Assembly: GCA_963727625.1 (NCBI GenBank)
Contig: CAVSHR010000009.1
Coordinates: 288,001 to 352,000, forward strand
Source of the DNA: an uncultured delta proteobacterium
GTDB lineage: Bacteria > Desulfobacterota > Binatia > UBA9968
Direction of reading: 5' to 3'
Length of the DNA: 64,000 bases
Translations under genes and position numbers: made by a program
Shown here: one piece after another, positions 37,634 to 49,099 of the stretch
Numbering within the stretch: the stretch's first letter is position 1
Layout: every line of letters begins with the position of its first letter
Notes under the pieces: model-generated
Told to the model about the DNA's origin: nothing
Seen by the model: only the letters and a program-made list of their open reading frames with translations
Database searches by the model: none

Positions 37634-39090
37634 CTTTCCTCCAATCTCGGACCGAGCCAAGTACGCGGGTACAGCAGTACTATCCAGGCTATAAATTCGA
37701 GTCTCCCCATGAGCATGTCGACGCAGAGTATGCCCTTGAGCAGAGCGGGCAACTCGGCGCTGGTTATTCCCGTGGAAAGTCCAACCGTGCCGGTCGCGGA
37801 CACGACTTCGAAAAGAGAATCCAATGCATCGTACCCCATGAACAGGAATGCGAGCCATGACAATGTGACCACGGCGAAGAAGAGCAAAATAAGAACCAAG
37901 GCTTCACGGTGTTCGGCGGCGTCTATACGACGGCCTGCGAGGCGAGGTTCCACGAGGGCGTGGGGTGCCAGGCAAGTCCTCTGGACCACCATCTTCAACA
38001 GCTGAAAAAAGATTAGGAGGCGAAGGATCTTGAAGCCGCCGGCGGTGGAACCGGCGCCCCCACCGATGGCCATCGCCAGAATCACGATGCCTTTGGACCC
38101 CGCGGAAAGATCCGACAAAGGCATCGTCGAAAATCCCGCTGTGGTCTGAGCGGAAAAGGCCAACAGCGGACCATGGTATAAGGATTGGCTCCAAGGCAAT
38201 CGCGCCAAAACCGACATAGACAAGACCAAAAGAATCGAAATAAAAATTCCGCTCAGCACCACCGCCTTAAGTTGCAAAGAATTGACGTTCGACCGCCATT
38301 TTTGCTCGTACAGCGCATAATAAATCACCAGTGGCACGGCACCGAGGAGACATACAAGAATCACGGCAGCCTGCGTAATCCCATTCTCCAATCCCGCCAG
38401 ACTATTGCTATGCGGTGCGAAGCCCCCCGTTGACACCGCCGCAAGGCTGTAAACAACGGCGTTAAACGGTTTCATCCCCAGGGTCCACAGAAGAACGACG
38501 CTGCCCGCGGTCAAGGTGCCGTAAACGACTAGAATGCGGCGGGCGTGCGCTCTCAGGCCGCCCACCAGATCGTCATCCTGGGACTCCATCACCGCCAAAC
38601 CCTTGGCGATGCCACTTGGCTCCACGACCAAGGCAAGCGACAGCGCCATGATTCCCAAGCCGCCGTACCATTGCATCCATGCGCGCGCGTAGAGAACCGT
38701 GCTCGGCGCCCGCTCAATGGCGGCCACCGTGCTTAGCCCGGTGGTTGTGATGCCTGAGATCGTTTCGAATAGCGCGTCGACAAATTTCAATCCCGAAGCC
38801 ATGAAAGGATAAGCCATGGCCAGCGGCGCAAAAAGGAAGATCAGCGCGACCACCACCATCCCCTCGTTCGCCTGCACCCGTTTGGGTTCGCGGAGTCGGT
38901 TAAGCATGGCGCCTAGCGCGCCAAGCACAACGACGACCAGAGCATACCGCCAACCGATGTGGGTTTCTCGGAAATAGAGAGAGACACCGAATGGAATGAA
39001 GGTAAGAAAGCTCAGAACCAGGCAGAGTTCGCCAAAATACTTGAGGACAACGCGAATTCTAACCGAGTAGCTTAACGCTGTTACGTTCAC
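37630..39090 (-). CDS. trkH: Trk system potassium uptake permease
   Basis: Four pore loops (TTTGLS, STGGF, TTAGFS, GTVGLS), GGGAGSTAGGFK and MGRLE. Confidence 0.95.
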   Translation of the reverse strand: MNVTALSYSVRIRVVLKYFGELCLVLSFLTFIPFGVSLYFRETHIGWRYALVVVVLGALGAMLNRLREPKRVQANEGMVVVALIFLFAPLAMAYPFMASGLKFVDALFETISGITTTGLSTVAAIERAPSTVLYARAWMQWYGGLGIMALSLALVVEPSGIAKGLAVMESQDDDLVGGLRAHARRILVVYGTLTAGSVVLLWTLGMKPFNAVVYSLAAVSTGGFAPHSNSLAGLENGITQAAVILVCLLGAVPLVIYYALYEQKWRSNVNSLQLKAVVLSGIFISILLVLSMSVLARLPWSQSLYHGPLLAFSAQTTAGFSTMPLSDLSAGSKGIVILAMAIGGGAGSTAGGFKILRLLIFFQLLKMVVQRTCLAPHALVEPRLAGRRIDAAEHREALVLILLFFAVVTLSWLAFLFMGYDALDSLFEVVSATGTVGLSTGITSAELPALLKGILCVDMLMGRLEFIAWIVLLYPRTWLGPRLEER

Positions 39091-39202
39091 AGCATTCTCA
39101 TCTCAACACGCGGCGTTTATGCGCGTTTATGGGGCCGGATCTTTACTTTAGATGATTGCCTTCCCAATCAAGGGAAACAGTCGACTCAGACAAAAACATC
39201 TC

Positions 39203-40297
39203 TTAACTGCCCGCCATGGAATACAGCCGCCGAGGATTTGCCGACAGGATTTTCTCGATCAGCTCATCGCTCAAATCTCCCCGTTTCTTTAACCCTTGCG
39301 CGAGTTGATCCTGGCGGAACGCATCGCCATGGGGAAAATCGGTGGCGGTAACGATGAAATCGCTGCCCAGCTTGTTGATCACATGGGGCAGCTCGTCGTC
39401 GAGTGCGCAGGAGACAAAGACGCGCTCGGCGAGCCAACCGTTGATCTTCGCCCGGCGTTTTTCGCCCAATCCTTTAACCAGCCGCGGCGCCCAGTCCACG
39501 CCCGCTTCCAAAAAGGCTACGCGCAGTTTGGGAAAGTCGTCGAGCAGCGAAGATCCGAGGATCTGGTGAAAGGCGTAAAGGACGTATGGCCCGCTGATCA
39601 GTCCTTTGCCCAAGGGGTGGATTTGCGGGAACTCGTCATAGAATGGTCTTGGAACACCTTCAAACATGCGGCTGATGGTCGGGCTGGAGCCGTTGCCGAC
39701 GTGCACGGTGACGGGCAGGTCTTGCTGCGCGGCTTCTTCGAAAATCGGCCAGTGATCTCGGTGGGTCAGCGGCCGATCCAACTCGATGCCGCGCGCAAAG
39801 ATGCCTGCTACGCTGCCAAGTTTCTTGACCCGGCGAATTTCCTGAACCGCAAGTTCGGGGCGACGCCACGGAACGATGGCGACATACAGAAGGCGCCCGC
39901 CCGACTCGCCGCACTGGGCCGCCATGAATTGATTGTAGCTGCGCGCCAACGCAGCTTCCAGCTCGACATTCTCCGCAAGGCAACCGAGCCATAGAGATGG
40001 AAAAACCACCTGGATGTCGATACCCAGTTCATCCATATGGGCCAGTCGTTGTTTGACGTCCCGCATTTCCTGGACCGGGATGGACACGCCCTTGTCCTGG
40101 GCGCGTTTCATGAGCGTTGGGTTGGAAGCGAAAAAACGCAGCTTGTAGTCGATGACCCAGGCCGCATTGTGGGTGCCGAAACAGGTGTCCTCCGGGAATA
40201 CGACGGGAATCGGGCGCAGCAAGTAATATTCCGGATCGAGATGCTGCCAGCTCTCGACACTCTCTTCGACATGGGCGTCGCAATCAATGACACGCAT
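39203..40297 (-). CDS. Amidohydrolase family 2 protein
   Basis: IDCDAHVEE, MDELGID.QV.FP, LEAG.DW and ATDFPHGD. Confidence 0.92.
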   Translation of the reverse strand: MRVIDCDAHVEESVESWQHLDPEYYLLRPIPVVFPEDTCFGTHNAAWVIDYKLRFFASNPTLMKRAQDKGVSIPVQEMRDVKQRLAHMDELGIDIQVVFPSLWLGCLAENVELEAALARSYNQFMAAQCGESGGRLLYVAIVPWRRPELAVQEIRRVKKLGSVAGIFARGIELDRPLTHRDHWPIFEEAAQQDLPVTVHVGNGSSPTISRMFEGVPRPFYDEFPQIHPLGKGLISGPYVLYAFHQILGSSLLDDFPKLRVAFLEAGVDWAPRLVKGLGEKRRAKINGWLAERVFVSCALDDELPHVINKLGSDFIVTATDFPHGDAFRQDQLAQGLKKRGDLSDELIEKILSANPRRLYSMAGS

Positions 40298-40526
40298 TAC
40301 TTTTTTCTCCCGAAGCTATTTGCCGAGGCATTCGATCTAATCCGCTTTCCGCATTTCCGTCCGCTTGAACTCCTTCTGCATTTCAGACTGCGGCGCGTCC
40401 TTGCGGTAGGGTGCGGAGCTCGATCACGTGGTGCGGCTCACCCAGGTTTCTTTTCAGCAGGGAGAAGAAATAAATTATTTTTCGGCTTACGCTGCGCAAG
40501 GACAACCAAACTCATCAAAGAGCGAC

Positions 40527-43500
40527 TTACTTGGCACTCAGCTCGTAGATTCTTTGAAACATCGGAGCCTTGTCAAGGCTCGCGCGCAGTTCGGAATGCT
40601 GAACACTGGCCTTCATGTGCTCAATCACCGTTCGCCCGGCGGTAAACGCCCGGCGGGCTAACTCAGGCTTTTTCGTCTCGGCATAAAGCCCGCCCAATGC
40701 GGCATGAGTCTTCCAGAGCTGCGTAGGATTACCGATCGCCTGGGCGATCGCCAGAGCTTGGCGAAAGGCGTTTTCCGCCTCGTCCCAGTGTCGATGTCGT
40801 AAAGCGATCTCTCCCCGGAGCCGCCATGCCTTCACCAAGTATTTTTTAGATTGCGTGCGCGTGGCAATATCGAAAACGTGATCGCAAAATTCTTTGGCCT
40901 TCGTGTAATCCCCACGGACCAGCCAAAGATCGCCCAAGCTCGCGAACAGGTGAGTGGAGTAGCGCCAACGCATCCATTCGCTCGTTGCCGGGTTTTTCAC
41001 GAGGCGATGCACGCCGTCGAAAAATTCCTGTGCCAGCGTCAGATCGCCTCTTACGAGATAAATATCGCCCAAGTTGATCTCCGGATTGGCAATGGTCTCG
41101 GGGTCGCCGCGCTTGCGCGCACCCGCCGCGCCGGACCGGTTCAATTCGATGCTACGCTCTAGGTCGCCGCACTCCATGTAGAGCCATCCAAGACAATTGA
41201 ACAGCCGGTTGCGATTGACCTCGTCGCCCACTTTCGCGGCAATAGCCAGACCTTCCTCCATAGTCGCAAGAGCTTCGTCGTAGTGGCCGATGCCGGTGAG
41301 GGTCACGCCGCGAAAAAAAAGACCTTGGAGGAGCGGGAACAAGAAATTGTGTTGCTGCGCGATTTGCAAGGCTTCCTTCTGCAGGCGCAGCGCCTCGGCG
41401 TAATCCCCCGCCCAATTCTTGACAAAACCCCTGAAGTTCAGCGCAAACGATTGTCGAAAAATATCTCCGGCACGGCCGCTCACAGTCACGACGCTCTCGA
41501 ACTCGCGCGCTGCCTCTTCAAGTCTACCGGTGACCCCATAGACCATACCGAGTGTGAGTCGAGCACGACCCATGACGACTTCAGCATCCGTCTCTTCAGC
41601 GATCTTTATGGCCGCTTGCGACTCCGCCAGGGCCCGCTCGAAGTCGTGAGTCCAATGCGCGGCGAATCCCATCTCGGATAACGCAACTCCCTCGCCTACG
41701 CGATCGGCAGCGCGGCGCGCGAGAAGCAGCATGGACTCACTCTCAGCCCGTGAGCGCGCGAAATCACTAAGGATGAAATAGAGATTGGCCTTGGCCTGGT
41801 GAATGGCCATTATTATTTTCAGCTCCACTTGCGCGCCGAGATGGTCCACCGCCTCCAGGGCTTGATCGTACAAGTTGATCGCTTCGCGCGTGGCGAACGC
41901 CTTGGCCGCCTTGTCCGCCCCCTTTAGAAGATACTCCAGAGCCTTGGCCCACTCTTCGGCTCTCGAGAAGTGATGGGCGAGCATTTCATACTGCTCGGCG
42001 AGCCGGTCCGTATAGAGCTCCTCGATGGCGCGAGCGATGAGCAGATGGAGTTCCTTGCGCCGCTGGATCAGAAGCGAGTTGTAGGTCACCTCATGAGTCA
42101 ACGCGTGCTTGAACATGTAGGCCAGCTCGGGGAAGAGGCTCTTCTCGTAGATCAGCTCGATCGCCTTGAGCTCGCGCAAAAACTCCTCCGTTTGCTCGCG
42201 AATCTCCGCCAGACGGTCGACCAGACGCCGGGTAAATTCTCGGCCGATGACCGAGGCGAGTTGGAGGGTTTTCTTCGGCGCTTCCGCCAACCGATCGATC
42301 CGGGCCATGATGACGTCCTGGATCGTGTCGGGGACGAAGATCTCGTCAAGCCGCTTGGCAAGGACATAACGGTCGCCGCGCTTTCGAATGACGTGGATCT
42401 CCTGCAAAGATTTGATCACTTCTTCGACAAAGAAAGGGTTCCCTTCGGCTTTACGTGCCACCAGCGTGTTCAGTCCTTCCGGCACGGCCTCCGTAGACAG
42501 AATAGCTTTGCTCATTTGGTCACTGTCTGCGGCAGAGAGGCTGTCGAGTACAATCCGCGTATGATAGGTCCGTTCTCCGAAAGGATGCTGGTAGCCTGTC
42601 CGATAGGATAGGATCTGAAGAATACGGCTGGTCGGGATGCTGTCGGCCGAAAATAGCAGCGCCTCCTGCGTTGCCTGGTCTGCCCAATGGACATCTTCGT
42701 ATACGATTACCTGAGGGTGTACCTCAGCGGCTCGGACCACCAAGCGTTTAGAGCGCAGCGAAAATTTCTCCGCGCCGGAGCTGTGGATCCATACTCAGCA
42801 CCGCCGGGTCGCCAGGATCCACGGACAGAAGGGAGCGCAGATAAGGCAGAACCGGACGGAGATCTTCGCCGAGTCGGAGAACAGCCTTTTCGATCTTGGC
42901 CGCGATTATCTCTTCGGAGTCACCGTCCTCGATCCGGAAATTCGCGCAGCAGGTCGATCAAGGGATGAAATGCCATGGCGCGTCCAAAGGACATGGTCCG
43001 TCCCTCGCTCCAAGTCGCCTCATTGCCAAGCCTGCGACGAAACTCGAGCAGCAGCCGGGATTTGCCGATTCCGGCTTCGCCAACGACAAAGACCACCTGT
43101 CCATGTCCTCCCTTGGCTTTCTCAAAACAGTCGGCGAGGATTCGAAGCTCGGGTTCGCGTCCCACGAACGGGGTGAGCCCTCGCTCGGCTCCCACCTCGA
43201 GGCGGGTCCGAGCGACTCGGGCGGAGACCACATCCCAGGCCTGAACGGGTTCGGTCTTTCCCTTTAGAAACAGCCCGCCCAGGGGTCGGGTATGGAAGTA
43301 ACCCGACACCAAATGATGGGTAACATCAGAGATCACGACGTGCCCGCGGTCGGCGCTCTGCTGGAGGCGCGCTGCCACGTTGGTGGTGTCGCCGATCGCC
43401 GTGTAGTCCATTCGAAGATCGCTGCCAATGCTTCCGACCACAACCAAACCCGTGTTGATGCCCTGACGCACGTAAAAATCGATGCCGCGGCGGCGCTTGA

Positions 43501-44020
43501 GTTCGTCACCATAGGCTTCCAACGCCTGCCTGATGCCCAGCGCTGCATGGACGGCGCGCTGCGCATGATCCTCGTGCGCGATCGGCGCGCCGAAGAGAGC
43601 CATGATGCCGTCGCCGAGAAAATGGTTCACGGTGCCCTCGTAGCGATGCACCTCGCTCAACATAAGCTCGACCGCGTGGTTGATAAGACCGTGCATGTCC
43701 TCGGGGTCCAATCGTTCGGAAAGCGCGGTGGATCCAACGACATCGACAAAAAGCACACTGACCTGTTTGCGCTCTCCTTCCAGAGCGCTTTTGGAGCTTA
43801 AGATCTTTTCTGCGAGGTGTTTTGGAGTGTAGCTTTCGGGAGAACAGAATTGGGTCGCTGTCGGGCCGGCGCTGACGGATTGCCCGCAATGGAGACAGTA
43901 TTTTGCTTCCGGCGGTAGCTCAGTGCCACATGCGGAGCAGGCCAGACCAAGGCGGGCGCCGCATTCCAAGCAAAATTTCGCCTGTGGGGGATTCTCACGC
44001 TGACAGAGCGAACACCGCAC
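40527..44020 (-). pseudogene. Double zinc ribbon / class III nucleotide cyclase / AAA ATPase / TPR protein, disrupted at about 42740-42940
   Basis: CxxC pairs, GERKQVSVLFVD, LGDGIMALFGAP, GDTTNVAARL and GEAGIGKS. It resumes as EDVHWAD, GNPFF, YMFKHAL and TPRs after an indel-rich, shortened stretch. Confidence 0.85.
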
Positions 44021-44132
44021 GTCGGAACCTCCACCTGGTTGAAAACCGAACAAGAACAGGCGACTGAAATTAACTTACGGAAGCAGATGGGTCAAGCAAC
44101 CATGAGAACTTCGTACAAGAGGTTCTTTCCAT

Positions 44133-45794
44133 TTACTCTAAAACAGATTTTTTGTATTCGGTCCGCAGCTCCGACTGAAGCCGTCCCAAGCGATATTTTT
44201 TCCAATCGATAAACTTGCCGCAATCAGCCAGCGCCGGATGCACTTCCCGGATTTTGCGCCACATCTCCTGGCAGATAAACCGGTAGTCGGGATGGCCCTG
44301 CGGCATGGTGCGGAGCTCGCACATATGCAGCGCTTCGCGCAGGTTCATCTTCATGTACCAGCGAATTTTGTAGGCGAACGGCACCACGTACTGCGCCTCG
44401 CTCGGCAGATCGGCGTAAATGCGCTCGTACAGGGCCGCGGCGCGCTCCATGCAATCGTTGAATTCGTCTTTGAAGCCCGCCTCCTCAATCTCCGGCGGCC
44501 TGTCGTAGCCGTGCACGGCGGTGAAGTCCTGGCGCTCCTGGGTGAGAATCCGGTGGCGCTGCAAATCGCGGTAAAGGCCTAGATTGCCCAGGATGTCGAA
44601 GGTGTAATAGACGTTTTCGAATGGCCGGCGGAGTTTGTCGCGCCGGTGGCGCCGTTTGCCGAAATGCTCGGCGACAATCCTGTGCCGCTCATCCGCGCTC
44701 ATTTTCGCGGCAATTTGCCGGAGCTGTTCGAGCGGATGGCGGCCATGAGCGTAAAAAATCGCCGCGATGATTTTCTCTTCGGCGGCGCCGTCGTAATCGA
44801 TCAACGTCACCGGCTCGCTTGTGGCTAATGGGGCCACGGTTGCGAATTGAGCAGCCAGCGCCTTTGTCGCCGCGCCGGTGGCGACGAGATAGTCGTTGCG
44901 CTGCGCCCTTTTGATAAACGACGGAATCAGTTGATTGAGCTCGCCGTGCATGGCGTCACCCAATTCATTGATCTCGCCGAGATCGTGCGAATAAAACTTG
45001 CTGATCAGATACTCGAACGCCTGGCCGACGCCGAACATGCCGACATTGGTCAGCGTCGCCGCCGGCAGATAACTGCGCAGCACGTCGCACGCATGCGCGC
45101 GCACGGTGGCGCGGTACGCGGTCTCAGCCCAGCGCCGCAGCCGATCGTCTTTCTTGGCGTCGGCGTATGGCAGCGCTTTCCCCGTCGTCGGATCGCGCAC
45201 CTCCAATTGTTCGATGGGCAGCGCCCCGGCGATCGACGCCAACATCGGCTCCATCTGGCGCGAGTAAGTGTCGAAGAGCAGATTCATCACGGCGACATAG
45301 TCGTCGCGCCAGCGCGAAGCCATAATCTTGGGCTCGCGGTAGAAAAGATAATTTCCGCCAGAGTCTTTCTGGTCGAAGCGGACGTAGCGCGTCGATTTCT
45401 CCAGCGGCGCGATGCCGATGCGCGCGTCTTCGAGCAGCTTCGCCGCGACGTTGGAAACATTCTCACAGGCGAGATGAGCGCCGCCCAACTGGGCGACGGA
45501 ATCGTCGCCGTAACCGACGAGAACGCGTTCGAAAAACGCCCGCGCTTTTTTTAGCGCCGCGCTGTCATCACTCGCGCTCGACGACCCGCCCAGCAGTTCT
45601 TTCAAGCCGAGCTCCGGATCGCCGAGAAATTCGTCTAGAAAAGTCCGCCGCAAACTTTTTGTCGAGCGGCTGTAGCGCGAGAACAGCGCGCCGGCCACTT
45701 CCTGGGGCAATCTGAGGCCGAAAGTCGAGCGGTCAAGGTTGGTAAAGAAAGGGGCGAGACGGATTTTTTCTTCGGCAGTGAACTCCGCGGTCAT
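44133..45794 (-). CDS. thyX: FAD-dependent thymidylate synthase, long two-domain form
   Basis: LFSRYSRS, YGDDSVA, EKSTRY, RDLQRHR and MNLRE...ELR. Confidence 0.85.
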   Translation of the reverse strand: MTAEFTAEEKIRLAPFFTNLDRSTFGLRLPQEVAGALFSRYSRSTKSLRRTFLDEFLGDPELGLKELLGGSSSASDDSAALKKARAFFERVLVGYGDDSVAQLGGAHLACENVSNVAAKLLEDARIGIAPLEKSTRYVRFDQKDSGGNYLFYREPKIMASRWRDDYVAVMNLLFDTYSRQMEPMLASIAGALPIEQLEVRDPTTGKALPYADAKKDDRLRRWAETAYRATVRAHACDVLRSYLPAATLTNVGMFGVGQAFEYLISKFYSHDLGEINELGDAMHGELNQLIPSFIKRAQRNDYLVATGAATKALAAQFATVAPLATSEPVTLIDYDGAAEEKIIAAIFYAHGRHPLEQLRQIAAKMSADERHRIVAEHFGKRRHRRDKLRRPFENVYYTFDILGNLGLYRDLQRHRILTQERQDFTAVHGYDRPPEIEEAGFKDEFNDCMERAAALYERIYADLPSEAQYVVPFAYKIRWYMKMNLREALHMCELRTMPQGHPDYRFICQEMWRKIREVHPALADCGKFIDWKKYRLGRLQSELRTEYKKSVLE

Positions 45795-45885
45795 GCGCAA
45801 AACTTCCTCACAGAGAGCTGTCCGGCCATTCTATTCAGTTCTCGGCCAATAACAAGGCGCGTTTGGCGCCGAAACATCGAATTGT

Positions 45886-47037
45886 TTAGCGCAGCGGCTC
45901 GGGTGCGCAGACGGCGCCGACTAAGGAATTGAGCCAGCGGCCGTCGCCGGCGCACAGGCGGATCAGCGGATCGAGCAGCGCCGGCCGATAGATGGCAAAA
46001 CGCATCAACGCGTTCAACGCCAGTCGGCGGCGGAAATGTTGATGGCACAGTCGCTCATAGCGTTTGAGGAAATCGGCTGACAAATCGCCGCGGGCGAATG
46101 CGGCATCGAGGGCCTCGGCGGCGAGCATGCCGCTGCGCATGGCGAAGTAAATTCCTTCGCCGGTGACCGGCTCGCTCACCCGCGCCGCGTCACCCACGAG
46201 CAAAGCGCGTTCGCTGAAGCAGCGCCGCTTGGGAAAATAAACCGGATAGGCCGAACGGGCTTGGGAAATGTCCCGGCTGCGAGCGAGTATAGCTTTGAGA
46301 TAGGGATTACGCGCCAGCCATTTCTCCAGCAAATATTGCCGCACGCCGCCGCGAGGCAGCCGGCGTCGCTCGATTGCCAAGCAGAGATTCATCTCGCCAT
46401 CGCCGAGAGCTATCAGTCCGGCATAGCCCCCTGGAAAAAGATGGATTTCGACTTTCCCTTGCGCCGCGCCGGGACACTGCAATCGCAGCTGAAAGCCGAC
46501 CGAGCGGCCGGTCATCGCCGTCGGCCGGTTCACACCGAGCTGCTCGGCCACCCAGGAGTTGCGCCCGTCGGCGCCGATTAGAACCTTCGCCTGCCAACTC
46601 TCGCCGGCGCCGGTTGTGAGTTGCCAGCCTTGAGCAATCTTCGCGAGATGCTCGATCCGGCTACCCAGGCGAATTTGCGCGCCCGAGCTCGCCGCGCGGT
46701 CGACCAGCGTTTGATCGAACTGCGCGCGGCGCATGCCGAGACCGAAGGTTGCGGCGCCATTTTCGTCGGGAAAGCGCGCCTCGGCTTGATTGCCCGAATC
46801 CGTAGTGACCCGGAAGCCGGCCACCTTCGCATGGGGCTGAGCGAGGATTTGTTCTTCGACCGCCAATTGGCGCAACACCGGCCGATTGATCGGATTGATG
46901 AAATCGCCGCAGAGTTTTTCCCGCGGAAAGTTTTGCTTGTCGATCAGCGCGACTGCGAAGCCTCTTCTCGCCAAGGAAATCGCCGCCGCCGAGCCGGCCG
47001 GGCCGGCGCCGATAATCGCGACATCGACGTCTCGCAT
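45886..47037 (-). CDS. NAD(P)/FAD-dependent oxidoreductase (geranylgeranyl reductase family)
   Basis: GAGPAG, FPREKLCG, IGADG and LVGDAA...P.TGEGI. Confidence 0.9.
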   Translation of the reverse strand: MRDVDVAIIGAGPAGSAAAISLARRGFAVALIDKQNFPREKLCGDFINPINRPVLRQLAVEEQILAQPHAKVAGFRVTTDSGNQAEARFPDENGAATFGLGMRRAQFDQTLVDRAASSGAQIRLGSRIEHLAKIAQGWQLTTGAGESWQAKVLIGADGRNSWVAEQLGVNRPTAMTGRSVGFQLRLQCPGAAQGKVEIHLFPGGYAGLIALGDGEMNLCLAIERRRLPRGGVRQYLLEKWLARNPYLKAILARSRDISQARSAYPVYFPKRRCFSERALLVGDAARVSEPVTGEGIYFAMRSGMLAAEALDAAFARGDLSADFLKRYERLCHQHFRRRLALNALMRFAIYRPALLDPLIRLCAGDGRWLNSLVGAVCAPEPLR

Positions 47038-47039
47038 AG

Positions 47040-47738
47040 TCAGCTCCTCGGCCAAATCAGTCCGAGCACGCGAAACGGAAACGCCGGCACGACCTGAAAC
47101 TCTCCGACGTCGGCGCGGTGGAACAGCCCTCGCCATTCGTCGACGGTCAACGCCCGCCGCACCGAAAGCGGCGCGTCGGTCAGCGTCATGGCGTTGCCGG
47201 TAAAACTCTTGGCGAGCCAGCGAATGCCATGATAGGCGAGCGGGTGGCGCACCAGGTCGTTAACGATCACCGCGCGGCGGGCCAGCCGGGCCCAGCCCCG
47301 CAACAACGCGATGATTTGCTCGTTGGAAAAATGGTGCAGCAGCTGCGACGCCAGAACGTAATCAAACGAAGCCGCCCGGAACGGTAGATTCAGGGCGTCG
47401 CCGCGCAGTAGTGAAATTTCCCGGTAGCCGCCGGTCTGTGTCGCCGCCTGATCCAGCGTAATTGCTTCGCGATCGAGAGCGCTAATTTGCGCCGTGATTT
47501 GCCTGCGCCGCGCCCAGCGGGCGACCAGGGTTGGGATGTCGCCGCTGCCGGTGCCGATATCGAGCAAGCTGAAACGGTGCGTTGATTTCGGATCGATCAG
47601 CCGCGCCAGGGCGCGCTCGATGTTGCGGTAGCACCCGAGGTAGCGGTTGATGATGCGCAAATTGCGCAGATCGTCGACCAGCAGCTCGCGCGGCTGGTTC
47701 GGCATGTCCATCATCTCGAGTTCGGCGCTGCGTTTCAT
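47040..47738 (-). CDS. SAM-dependent methyltransferase (type found beside type III PKS genes)
   Basis: R...E.MD, L..INRYLG, LLDIGTGSGDI, LHHF, NDL.RH and D...SVRRA. Confidence 0.88.
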   Translation of the reverse strand: MKRSAELEMMDMPNQPRELLVDDLRNLRIINRYLGCYRNIERALARLIDPKSTHRFSLLDIGTGSGDIPTLVARWARRRQITAQISALDREAITLDQAATQTGGYREISLLRGDALNLPFRAASFDYVLASQLLHHFSNEQIIALLRGWARLARRAVIVNDLVRHPLAYHGIRWLAKSFTGNAMTLTDAPLSVRRALTVDEWRGLFHRADVGEFQVVPAFPFRVLGLIWPRS

Positions 47739-49015
47739 ATCGCATCACCGCGCGCCACCACCAGCGCCGAGTTCTTCGAGCCGAAGCCGATGCAATTGCA
47801 CAGCGCGAGCTCCGTCGAACGCTCGACACGGCGATTGGGAATATAATTCAAATCGCACTCCGGGTCCGCCTCGGTGTAGTTGATCGTCGGCGGGAGAAAA
47901 TCATGATTCATCGCCAGCAGCGCCGCCGCCACGCCGGCGGCGCCCGAGGCGCCTTGCGGATGGCCGATCATCGATTTCACCGAGCTCATGGGAATCTCGT
48001 AAGCGCGCCGGCCGAAGCAGAGCTTAACTGCGATGGTTTCGGTGCGATCGTTCAATTGCGTCGAGGTGCCGTGCAAGGCCGCGTAACCGATTTCATCCTT
48101 TGCCACGCCGGCGTCTTCGATGGCCAGCCGCATCGCTCGCGCCGGCTCCTCGCCGTCGGGATTGAGCCGCACCCGGTGATAGGCATCACAGGTCGACGCG
48201 TAGCCGAGGATTTCGCCGTAGATCTTGGCGCCGCGGGTGAGCGCTCTCTCACGCTCTTCGAGAATCAACACCCATGCGCCCTCCCCGAGAACGAAGCCGT
48301 CGCGGGTCCGATCGAAGGGCCGCGACGCGCGCTCGGGCTCGTCATTGCTCGACCCCGACACCACGCGCATGACGCAGAAGCCCTGCATGATTCCCGGCGT
48401 GATCGTGGCATCGGCGCCGCCGCTGACCAGATGGTCCGCCAGGCCGAAGCGAATCATATTAAAGGCGTACCCGAGCGCATCGGTCGAGCTGGTGCAGCCG
48501 GTGGAAATCAAATGGCTCGGCCCGCGAAAACCGAAACGCAGCGATAGCTCGCTCGACAGGCTGCCGGGCGTCGAGCTGGAAACATTGTAGGCGCTCACCC
48601 GGCGCAGCTGATCGGCGAAATAAAGCCGGTATTGTTCTTCGGTGAAATCGGGCGTGCCACCGCCGCTGCCGATGACCACTCCCCAGGATTGCCTTTCTTC
48701 GGTGCTCAAACCCTGCGCGCAGATGCCGGCCCGGCTCAACGCCTCGCCGGCGGCGGCGATAAGCAGCGGCACGGCGCGACCGACCCGGCGCATTTCCTGC
48801 TGCGTGATGAAGCCGTCAATAGAAAAGTTTTTGATCTCTGCCGCAACCCGGCAGTCGAGCTCGCCGGCATCGAACAGGGTTATCGAAGCCACGCCGCTCA
48901 CGCCGCCGCGCAGCGCCGCGCAGTAGGCATCGGCGCCGACGCCGTTGGGCGCCACCACGCCGATACCGGTCACCACGACGCGCCGCGGCGATGGATAGGA
49001 CTTTCGCGACTTCAT
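47735..49015 (-). CDS. Beta-ketoacyl-ACP synthase (FabF / type II KS-alpha-like)
   Basis: RRVVVTG, STGCTSSTDA (catalytic Cys), RPFD.RDGFV.GEG, HGTST and KSMIGH. Confidence 0.92.
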   Translation of the reverse strand: MKSRKSYPSPRRVVVTGIGVVAPNGVGADAYCAALRGGVSGVASITLFDAGELDCRVAAEIKNFSIDGFITQQEMRRVGRAVPLLIAAAGEALSRAGICAQGLSTEERQSWGVVIGSGGGTPDFTEEQYRLYFADQLRRVSAYNVSSSTPGSLSSELSLRFGFRGPSHLISTGCTSSTDALGYAFNMIRFGLADHLVSGGADATITPGIMQGFCVMRVVSGSSNDEPERASRPFDRTRDGFVLGEGAWVLILEERERALTRGAKIYGEILGYASTCDAYHRVRLNPDGEEPARAMRLAIEDAGVAKDEIGYAALHGTSTQLNDRTETIAVKLCFGRRAYEIPMSSVKSMIGHPQGASGAAGVAAALLAMNHDFLPPTINYTEADPECDLNYIPNRRVERSTELALCNCIGFGSKNSALVVARGDAI

Positions 49016-49099
49016 CTTGACTCTGCACTAGGGAAATAGTTTCATTTGGGAGCATAGCATCCCGATTCGTCGCAAGTAAGCTGTTGGGAGAATGACATC

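Noticed and set aside
23811-45794. Prophage suggested by polA + thyX + NUDIX + TA genes
   Set aside because: No integrase, terminase, capsid or tail genes; these genes are scattered among metabolic genes.
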